A stretch of 64,000 nt of DNA from Treponema sp. GTDB taxonomy: Bacteria > Spirochaetota > Spirochaetia > Treponematales > Breznakiellaceae. The translations under genes and the position numbers were made by a program. Under the pieces are notes generated by a model. That model searched no databases and was not told where the DNA came from. It was given only the letters and a program-made list of their open reading frames with translations. Positions 25,200 to 32,392 of the stretch are shown one piece after another. The stretch covers positions 2,684-66,683 of the forward strand of contig JAIRPG010000048.1 in assembly GCA_031257105.1 (NCBI GenBank). Direction: 5' to 3'. Every line of letters begins with the position of its first letter. The first letter of the stretch is position 1.

Positions 25200-26069
25200 T
25201 TAGTTCTTTGTTATATCAGGGTCAACCTTGACAATGCCTTCGTACAGAGCTTCGATATTGCTTGACATACCCGGCATTTTCCAAAGATCTATCATTTTTT
25301 CCCAATCAAAACCTTCAGTCTCCTTGGCTAAAGTCGGCATCGTGGCGTGAACCTGTATGTCGTTATAGGACGACACGTTTTGGGGGCAGATCGTTATAGC
25401 GATATTGTTACTCCCCTTGCCGGACCAGACATTTCCTTCGGGATCGTACAACGTTTCAATTACCAGGCTGAGCCTACCCTCTATCTTGGCTTCTCCCTTA
25501 GCGATATAACCGGCGCTTGCGGTCATCCCGCTTGAAAGCTGTACGTAAATCTTGTAAGACGCCTTGTCGCCGATGGTCGGAGGGATATTGCTTATCTCGA
25601 TCTTGCTCGTATTAGGATGCGCCGGTGTACCTATTTCATCGTCGGCGGAAACGACCTCATTGTACAACGATTCACGTTCTTGCTGATTCTTTGGCGTTAA
25701 ATCGCCGGTACTGAAGCTCGTGGATTTGCCGTTCACGGCTACGCCTTCCTTGCCGTAAGCCAGAATTACCTCGTACGAATCCGCTCGCTGCGGGGTAACG
25801 ATAACATCCATTGTATAGGTTCCCTCGTCAACCTTGATCTTTACCGTTGCCGCGCCGTTTGAAACCTTGGCGTCTCCCGTGGCGACCACAGTGTCCGCGT
25901 TTTTCAGCCGCACGTACACCTTGAAGGGATTTTCCGCCGTAATACCGGTTATCACGATCCCCGATCCGGCTTCGTTATCCGGCTGGGGACAGCCGGAAAG
26001 AAGCGGCAGCAACGCCAATAAGGTTCCTAAGGTTCCCAATCCGTTTAGAAAAGCTTTTTTCCGCATCAT
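25200..26069 (-). CDS. lipoprotein with two internally similar beta-rich domains (hypothetical)
   Basis: Signal peptide with lipobox LLSGC. Two segments follow a similar pattern (I.ITGI...K.YV.L...A.G.AK). The coding region is AT-rich. Confidence 0.6.
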   Translation of the reverse strand: MMRKKAFLNGLGTLGTLLALLPLLSGCPQPDNEAGSGIVITGITAENPFKVYVRLKNADTVVATGDAKVSNGAATVKIKVDEGTYTMDVIVTPQRADSYEVILAYGKEGVAVNGKSTSFSTGDLTPKNQQERESLYNEVVSADDEIGTPAHPNTSKIEISNIPPTIGDKASYKIYVQLSSGMTASAGYIAKGEAKIEGRLSLVIETLYDPEGNVWSGKGSNNIAITICPQNVSSYNDIQVHATMPTLAKETEGFDWEKMIDLWKMPGMSSNIEALYEGIVKVDPDITKN

Positions 26070-26192
26070 TTTTCTCCTTGATGTATATTTGCTACCTTTA
26101 ATATACTATACTCATCAAAAGGTTTCTTAAATTTTTTATCTTTTATTAAGTTTTATCTAATCTTTCAACAGATTTTTTAGGAGAGTAGTTTT

Positions 26193-26996
26193 GTGACCAT
26201 AAGAAAATGTTTTGCCTGTATGGTTTTCGCCGTGATTTTCTGTCTGGCTGCGGTTCTTCATATTCAGGCGCTCGATTTTTCCTTGGGCGGGGGCCAGCTT
26301 ATCGGCTATACCTTTACCCGGTATACCTTAGAAGATACGGGAACCATGCCCGGGCAAATATCATCGCCCCGGGGAAACCTGGTATCCAAGCAATCTATGG
26401 ATAGGTTTGATTACGGCGTGTTCTTATTCTTTGACGCCTCGTATGTAGAATTCTCCATACTCTTCGAGCAGGGAATCAATACATACCATGAAACGCTTGA
26501 TTTTAAGCTTGCGGAGTTCCCGGCAATATCAATGGGAGACGGAGCCGGCGCCGGCTCTGAATTGAACCTGGGCTTTTCCCTGAGAGGAAAGTACCCCTTT
26601 CCGCTTACAAAGCGGCTCTCCGTGTTCCCCCTCGCGGGCGTGGAATACCAGATAGCGCTCTTGGAAGAGCGGAAGCCCAATGGCGAGAACGATACGAAAG
26701 ATCGGACATCCGGTGAATTGCCCGAAGATGTGGACAAAGACGGCCATTCGTACCCGCTCTCCGCGTGGAATGCTTTGTGGATAAACATCGGCGCGGGTAT
26801 GGATTACACGCTTTCGGGCGGCCTGTACCTGCGCTGGGAGGTTTTGTTCGGTTTCAGGCTGCCCACCGGCTACGAAAACGGCGCTCTGGAAAACGTTAAA
26901 AAGAGATTTAACGCTTCGGATCCAAAACTGAAAGGGCTCACCGGCAGCCCCGTTGTCGTCATCGGGTTTGGCTACCGCTTCGCCCCAGGTCAATGA
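26193..26996 (+). CDS. putative outer-membrane beta-barrel protein (hypothetical)
   Basis: Signal peptide ending IQA-LD, alternating amphipathic strands, and a C-terminal GFGYRF-type aromatic terminus. GTG start after AGGAG. The stop overlaps the birA ATG. Confidence 0.5.
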   Translation: MTIRKCFACMVFAVIFCLAAVLHIQALDFSLGGGQLIGYTFTRYTLEDTGTMPGQISSPRGNLVSKQSMDRFDYGVFLFFDASYVEFSILFEQGINTYHETLDFKLAEFPAISMGDGAGAGSELNLGFSLRGKYPFPLTKRLSVFPLAGVEYQIALLEERKPNGENDTKDRTSGELPEDVDKDGHSYPLSAWNALWINIGAGMDYTLSGGLYLRWEVLFGFRLPTGYENGALENVKKRFNASDPKLKGLTGSPVVVIGFGYRFAPGQ

Positions 26997-27805
26997 ACCG
27001 GCTCGCCCTTTCCACCCCCTTTGACGCGCCGGTATACCACCGGGAAACCGTCGCCAGCACAATGGATGAGTCCCGGCTTCTGGCCGCCCAAGGAGCGCCC
27101 CACGGCACGGTGATCGCGGCGGATTTCCAGGAACAAGGCCGGGGCAGAACCGGACGAAGCTGGTACATGGCGGATCGGGGACAAAACCTTTCGTTTACTA
27201 TCCTGCTCCGTTACGGCTCTATCGAAGCAATACCGCAGGCCATTACCCTCAAGGCCGGTCTGGCGGTGAGTTACGCCGTAGAAGATGTTGCCCCGGCGCT
27301 CCGGGGCCGCCTGAGCGTAAAGTGGCCTAACGATATTATGATAGAGGACAAAAAAGCCGCAGGTATCTTGGCGGAGAGCGATGGTCAAACCGTTTACCTC
27401 GGTATCGGGGTGAATGTAGGGCAGACGCTCTTCCCGCCGGAACTGGAGCGCAAGGCGATAAGCATCGCCATGGCGATAGGCGCGTCTTTAAGCCCGTTCC
27501 CGCTTTTGGAAAAGATTCTTACCCGCCTTTACCCGGTTCTGGGAGCGCCCCCGAGAGCCCAGGCTCCTAGAGCCCAGGCTCTCAAAGCCCCCGCTCCTAA
27601 AGCCCCCGCATCCTGGCGGCAAGCGTTGGAAGCGCGGCTGTATAAACGGGGAGCGTTTGTCCGCTTTGCCCAAGGCGCCGCCGATTCAGGCCGGATCCTG
27701 GAAGGCCGCTTAACCGGCATAGGCCCCGGAGGGGAACTCCTGCTCCTTCGGCAAGGCGCCGCGGAGAGCGAAGCCTTTACCACCGGGGAACTGCTGGTAT
27801 ACTAG
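26993..27805 (+). CDS. birA: biotin--[acetyl-CoA-carboxylase] ligase (class I, no N-terminal HTH)
   Basis: QEQGRGRTGRSW (the GRGRxGR motif), KWPNDI and KAAGILAE. It carries a repeat insert before the C-terminal SH3-like domain. Confidence 0.85.
   Translation: MNRLALSTPFDAPVYHRETVASTMDESRLLAAQGAPHGTVIAADFQEQGRGRTGRSWYMADRGQNLSFTILLRYGSIEAIPQAITLKAGLAVSYAVEDVAPALRGRLSVKWPNDIMIEDKKAAGILAESDGQTVYLGIGVNVGQTLFPPELERKAISIAMAIGASLSPFPLLEKILTRLYPVLGAPPRAQAPRAQALKAPAPKAPASWRQALEARLYKRGAFVRFAQGAADSGRILEGRLTGIGPGGELLLLRQGAAESEAFTTGELLVY
27554..27613 (+). repeat. 15-nt in-frame tandem repeat x4 (RAQAP RAQAL KAPAP KAPAS) inside birA
   Basis: agagcccaggctcct agagcccaggctctc aaagcccccgctcct aaagcccccgcatcc. 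Confidence 0.9.
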
Positions 27806-27843
27806 AGTCTGTCTATAATGTGTCTCCATTATAGACAGACACT
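27804..27843. repeat. palindromic element copy 1 (AGaGTCTGTCTATAATG-tgtctc-CATTATAGACAGACaCT)
   Basis: 14-bp perfect core stem 27807-27820 / 27827-27840, extended to 17 bp with one mismatch. It starts inside the birA TAG stop codon (27803-27805). Confidence 0.85.
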
Positions 27844-27926
27844 AACTCCTCTCCTTCACTCGCGGTTGACACGAGCGGAAAATATTTGAGTAATATACTT
27901 ATCTCTGCAAGCATTAAGGAGTTTTT

Positions 27927-29879
27927 ATGAATACCCGCGTACCTTCCGTTCCCCTTATCACCATTGACCCCTATTTTTCGATCTGGTCACCCTACGACCG
28001 CCTCTATGACGGCGATACCGTCCATTGGACGGGTAGAACTAAGCGTATCGGCGGAACCGCCCTCATTGACGGCAAACACTACCAGTTTATGGGCCGGGGC
28101 TCGGATCCGGATCTGGTTCAGAAGGATCTGGAAATTACCGCCACTTCCAGCCGGTATGTCTTTGAGGGGGCGGGGATCCGGCTGGAGCTGGTCTTTTTAA
28201 GCCCCCTGCTCCTTTCCGATCTGGACCTGCTTTCCAGGCCGGTGTCGTATATTCAGTCCCGGGTATCTTCAATTGACGGAAAAAAGCACAAGGTGGAATT
28301 GGTCTTTCATTTTTCAAACAACCTTTGCAAGAACACGGACGAACCGGTTCCCCTGCGCGGGGGGCTTTATTCCCTGAAAAACTGCCGGACGGCCTGGACG
28401 GGCCGGCGGCATCAAGCGCCCTTGAGCCACAGCGGGGACGATGTCGCCATTGACTGGGGCTATCTCTACCTGGCCGTTCCCGAAGGCCGGGGCAGCGTAT
28501 CAGAAAACAACTGGGGCCTCTGGGCTAATCTGGCGTTTGAGGGCGGGGAAGGGGAGGCCTTTATCGCCGCGGCCTACGACGACATCGCCTCCATGAACTA
28601 CTTCGGCGAAATCCGCCGGGGCTACTGGGCGCGAAACGGGAAGACCATCCTCCAGGCGATTGAGGAGGCGGTGGATGATTTTCCCCAGGTGAAGGAACGC
28701 TGCGCCGCCTTTGACCGGGAGCTGGGGGAAAAGGCCCTGGCCGCCGGGGGGGAGGCGTACCGGCTCATCCTCAACCTTGCCTACCGGCAGACCATCGCCG
28801 CCCACAAACTCATCACCGATGAGGCGGGAGAGGCGGTTTTTATCTCCAAGGAATGTTTCTCCAACGGCTGCGCCGCCACGGTGGATGTGAGCTATCCTTC
28901 GACCCCCCTCTACCTGCTCTACAACCCCGAACTGGTCAAGGGTATGCTGCGGCCCATCTTCCGTTTCGCCAAGCTGCCGGTGTGGACCTTTGATTTCGCC
29001 CCCCACGACGCGGGGCGTTTCCCCCACGTGACCGGTCAGGTCTACGGGCTTAACCACGGGGAGAATTTCGGCGCGGAAAACGGCGAGACCTTTGCGCCCC
29101 TTTACCAGATGCCCGCCGGCGCGGACGCCTACCAGGAGCGCTATCAGATGCCGGTGGAAGAGTGCGGTAATATGCTTATCATGATGGCGGCGGTGGCGAA
29201 GGCCGAGGGGAACGCGGAATTTTCCCGGCCCCACCGGGACCTGGCGGAAAAGTGGGCCCGCTATCTGATTAAGTTCGGCGCGAACCCCGGGGAGCAGCTC
29301 TGTACCGACGACTTTGCGGGCCACCTGGCCTCCAACTGCAACCTGTCCGCCAAGGCGATCATGGGCCTGGAATCCTGCGCCATACTGTTTGGTATGTGGG
29401 GGGATGCGGCCAAGGCCGCTGAATACCGGGCCAAGGCAAAGGAGTTCGCCGAGGGCTGGAAGAAAACCGCCGCCCGGGGGGATCACAGCGCCCTGGTTTT
29501 CGACAAGGAAGAGGGCTGGAGCCTCAAGTACAACCTGGTATGGGACCGGGTTTTCGGCAGCGGCCTTTTCGATGAAAGTTTCTACCAGTCTGAACTCCGC
29601 TGGTATATCAAGCGGCAGAACGCCTACGGGGTTCCCCTGGACAGCCGCAAGGATTACACCAAATCGGACTGGCTCGTTTGGGCGGCGGCCTTTACCAAAG
29701 ACCGGGCCGAACGGGAAACCCTCCTCGCGCCGCCGGCGGCCTTTCTAGGGGATACCCCAAACCGGGTTCCCTTCTCCGACTGGTACGATACGGTCACGGG
29801 CAAGCAAATCGGCTTCCAGAACCGCACGGTTCAGGGCGGCCTCTTCATGCCCCTCCTGGCGGACGAGTGGAGTAAATAG
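27927..29879 (+). CDS. DUF4965/DUF5127 glutaminase-A-like (putative glycoside-hydrolase-like) protein, no signal peptide
   Basis: Motifs recalled from this family: FISKECFSNGCAATVDVSYPSTPLYLLYNPELVKGMLRPIF, HDAGRFP, MPVEECGNMLIMMAAV and DWLVWAAA. Confidence 0.7.
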   Translation: MNTRVPSVPLITIDPYFSIWSPYDRLYDGDTVHWTGRTKRIGGTALIDGKHYQFMGRGSDPDLVQKDLEITATSSRYVFEGAGIRLELVFLSPLLLSDLDLLSRPVSYIQSRVSSIDGKKHKVELVFHFSNNLCKNTDEPVPLRGGLYSLKNCRTAWTGRRHQAPLSHSGDDVAIDWGYLYLAVPEGRGSVSENNWGLWANLAFEGGEGEAFIAAAYDDIASMNYFGEIRRGYWARNGKTILQAIEEAVDDFPQVKERCAAFDRELGEKALAAGGEAYRLILNLAYRQTIAAHKLITDEAGEAVFISKECFSNGCAATVDVSYPSTPLYLLYNPELVKGMLRPIFRFAKLPVWTFDFAPHDAGRFPHVTGQVYGLNHGENFGAENGETFAPLYQMPAGADAYQERYQMPVEECGNMLIMMAAVAKAEGNAEFSRPHRDLAEKWARYLIKFGANPGEQLCTDDFAGHLASNCNLSAKAIMGLESCAILFGMWGDAAKAAEYRAKAKEFAEGWKKTAARGDHSALVFDKEEGWSLKYNLVWDRVFGSGLFDESFYQSELRWYIKRQNAYGVPLDSRKDYTKSDWLVWAAAFTKDRAERETLLAPPAAFLGDTPNRVPFSDWYDTVTGKQIGFQNRTVQGGLFMPLLADEWSK

Positions 29880-29918
29880 TGTCTGTCTATAAAGTAACCG
29901 ACTTTGTGGACAGACACT
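29878..29918. repeat. palindromic element copy 2 (AGTGTCTGTC TAT AAAGT aaccg ACTTT GTG GACAGACACT)
   Basis: 10 + 5 bp Watson-Crick arms joined by a 3-bp segment that pairs only as U.G/A-U/U.G in plus-strand RNA. It starts inside the TAG stop (29877-29879). Confidence 0.85.
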
Positions 29919-29946
29919 GAATAGAGCGGCGTCCCTTCACGCTAAC

Positions 29947-31221
29947 CTACCGCCACACGAGCCAGATAAACGCCGAGGCTGCGGCGGTGGTGAGCAGCGT
30001 GAAAGGCAGCCCTATCTTAAGCCAGCGGCCAAAATTCAAGGAGATCCCCTGTTTGCGAAGGATTCCGATGGAGACCACATTGGCGGACGCGCCGAAGGGG
30101 GTCAGGTTGCCGCCCATGCAGGAACCGATGAGCAGGGCGAACATGTAGAGTTCCGGTTTCAGCGAGAGGCTGACGGCCATGCTCCCCGCCACAGGCAGCA
30201 TTACGATGATGTAGGGTACATTGTCCACAAAGCCTGAGATGAAAGTGGACACCGCCACGATAAGGAAGAAGCCCAGGAACACCCGGTTCCCCACCACGCG
30301 GGACAGGAGCGCCGCGAAATCTTCCAGGAGCCCCACCGAGGAAACGCCCCCCACCACCACGAAGATGCCGATGAGGAAGAGGAAGGTGTCCCAGTCCAGG
30401 CCCTTTACCATCTCCCAGACTTTGCCCCAGGGTTCGCGCCGGCGGTACCACGCCAGCCCCGCCACGGCCAGCGCTATGACGATGATCCCCGAAAGCAGTG
30501 AAATTCCTCCATATATAAAGGAAGCGGCGGCCAGGCCCAGGATCATCAGGATAAGGAGGATCGTAGGAACCATGCTGAGAACTTTTTCCCGCTCAACCGC
30601 CACCTTGTCCCTGCCGTTTTTCACGAAAAAGGCGTAGAAGAAAAGCGCCCCGGCGATCATGCCGATCTGGACGGCAAAGAAGATCCCCGGCTTCCCCCGG
30701 TAGAAGAAGAAATCGTTAAAGCCGTACTTGGCGTAGTCGGCGAAGATCATGGAGGGAGGGTCTCCCACCAGGGTGGCGGTTCCCTGGAGGTTTGCCATCA
30801 CCGCCAGTCCCACCATGAAAAGGGAAGGATCCAGCTTGAGCTTGGCGCACAGGGCCAGGGCGATGGGGGCCATAACCAGCACGGTAGCCACATTTTCCAC
30901 AAACGCGGAGATAAGGCCCGTCATCACCAGAATGGCCACCATAGCGATCCCCACGTTGGGCGAGCGTTCCACGATAGAATCGGCGATCACCGCCGGCACC
31001 CGTGAATAGATAAAGAGTTCGGCGATCACCAGGCTCCCCACGAAGATCATCAGTACCGTCCAGTTGATGTGCTCTCCCAGGGCTTCCATGGGGCTGACCG
31101 CCCCCAAAATGAGCATGAGCAAGGCCGCTCCCAGCGCGGCGAAAGACTTTTTCGCCGGAAATATCACAATCAGGGCGTACATCAGTACCGCCGCCGCCAG
31201 CACGATCCACTTTACGTACAT
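29947..31221 (-). CDS. ArsB/NhaD-superfamily (citrate-transporter-like) permease
   Basis: About 12 TM segments. The overall pattern (MYVKWIVLAAAVLMYALIVI..., GTATLVGDPPSMI, GGNLTPFGASANV) is typical of the ArsB/NhaD family. ATG 31221 was chosen (GGAGAG lies 6 nt upstream) over the TTG at 31257. Confidence 0.65.
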   Translation of the reverse strand: MYVKWIVLAAAVLMYALIVIFPAKKSFAALGAALLMLILGAVSPMEALGEHINWTVLMIFVGSLVIAELFIYSRVPAVIADSIVERSPNVGIAMVAILVMTGLISAFVENVATVLVMAPIALALCAKLKLDPSLFMVGLAVMANLQGTATLVGDPPSMIFADYAKYGFNDFFFYRGKPGIFFAVQIGMIAGALFFYAFFVKNGRDKVAVEREKVLSMVPTILLILMILGLAAASFIYGGISLLSGIIVIALAVAGLAWYRRREPWGKVWEMVKGLDWDTFLFLIGIFVVVGGVSSVGLLEDFAALLSRVVGNRVFLGFFLIVAVSTFISGFVDNVPYIIVMLPVAGSMAVSLSLKPELYMFALLIGSCMGGNLTPFGASANVVSIGILRKQGISLNFGRWLKIGLPFTLLTTAAASAFIWLVWR

Positions 31222-31234
31222 TGGTTCTCTCCAT

Positions 31235-31266
31235 AACTCAAGTATACAGAAACTCAAGTATACAGA
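31235..31266. repeat. perfect 16-nt tandem duplication AACTCAAGTATACAGA x2 just upstream of the permease start
   Basis: 31235-31250 and 31251-31266 are identical. Each unit contains the palindrome GTATAC. Confidence 0.9.
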
Positions 31267-31348
31267 CTTTCCCTACGAAAACCTACATACCGGTCAGGGC
31301 GCGGACTCGCGGCTTGCTTCAATCGGGGTAAGGAAAATGAGGGCAGCG

Positions 31349-32392
31349 CTATTCGCGCCGAAGCAGCGTGACGCGGGCTTTTTTCCCGGATACGAGGATC
31401 GGTATAACTTTGGTTATGCTGAGTACGCCGGACTGCTCTGCCGCCTGGGTCAGTTCTTCACCCCGGGCCGTCAACACCACCGCCGCGCCGCCGCGTTTCA
31501 GCAGCCTGCCGAACACAGCGATCATGTCACCGTAGAACTGCCCGATAGGAACCGGCGTTTCGGCGTACATGCCCCAGGGCGGGTCGGTAATGATCCGGTC
31601 AACGCTTCCTTCGGGAATGACAGAAAAAATATCCCGCATATCTATCCGCCGAATATGACAGCGGTCAAGCAGGGGCCCGGTTATCTTTTTCCGGGCAAAG
31701 TCCACCGCCCGGCGATCAATGTCGGAGGCGTAGAACCGGGCCAGGGGAAAATGTTTTACCCGCTGTTCGAGGATCGAGCCGTAGCCGCAGAACGGATCCG
31801 CCACAATGTCGGCGGGGCGCGGTTCCGAAAGCCGGCAGAGCGTGTAGGCCAGGGGAGGGGGCAGCTCGCCGGGGTGCAGGGTTTTCTCAAAAGAACCGCG
31901 CCGGGTTAGCCGTTTCATGCAGATCGAAAAACCTTCCCGGCGGTAGAGAAACCAGAATTCCGCGCCGGGCCTGCTCCGGTTCACCGCCAGTCCCGACCGC
32001 TCCGCGATATACCGTTCCGCGGCGGCCCTGGTTTTTTCATCCACCGCCGTCAGCCGGTTTTCCAGAGAACAGATGATCCTGAAGGATCGGGCCTTTGCCG
32101 GAAGATCAGCGTTTTCGGCGATCACCGGCTCCGTTTTCCGCCGGGAGCAGAGAAACCGTATATGATTTTCCAGCGCCCTTTCGGGGCCGGGAGCTTCCAG
32201 AATACTCACCACGGCGAATATGTTGTTGAAGCAGCAAAAATCAAACCGGTCGTAACCGGTGGAAGTTTCAAAGATAACGGCCCCCTCCAGCAGTTTTTGT
32301 ATTTTCACGCCGGGCAGCCGTTCTTTGACTATCGCCTCCACCGGTTCCTCCAGGCCGGGGGCGAAGGTGGCGTAGTACCGCCTTATGAACAT
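31349..32392 (-). CDS. THUMP-domain class I SAM-dependent RNA methyltransferase
   Basis: [12 protein letters not shown] (motif I) and IITDPPWG (motif IV) follow an N-terminal THUMP-like region. The start at the internal ATG 32392 overlaps the nrdJ stop by 10 nt. Confidence 0.7.
   Translation of the reverse strand: MFIRRYYATFAPGLEEPVEAIVKERLPGVKIQKLLEGAVIFETSTGYDRFDFCCFNNIFAVVSILEAPGPERALENHIRFLCSRRKTEPVIAENADLPAKARSFRIICSLENRLTAVDEKTRAAAERYIAERSGLAVNRSRPGAEFWFLYRREGFSICMKRLTRRGSFEKTLHPGELPPPLAYTLCRLSEPRPADIVADPFCGYGSILEQRVKHFPLARFYASDIDRRAVDFARKKITGPLLDRCHIRRIDMRDIFSVIPEGSVDRIITDPPWGMYAETPVPIGQFYGDMIAVFGRLLKRGGAAVVLTARGEELTQAAEQSGVLSITKVIPILVSGKKARVTLLRRE

Noticed and set aside
27804-29918. 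Palindromic elements as integron attC sites, MITE ends or IS inverted repeats around a mobile cassette.
   Set aside because: The elements are only 29-41 nt (shorter than attC). There are no target-site duplications, and no integrase or transposase nearby. The window's two tyrosine recombinases are housekeeping XerC/XerD embedded in conserved operons.
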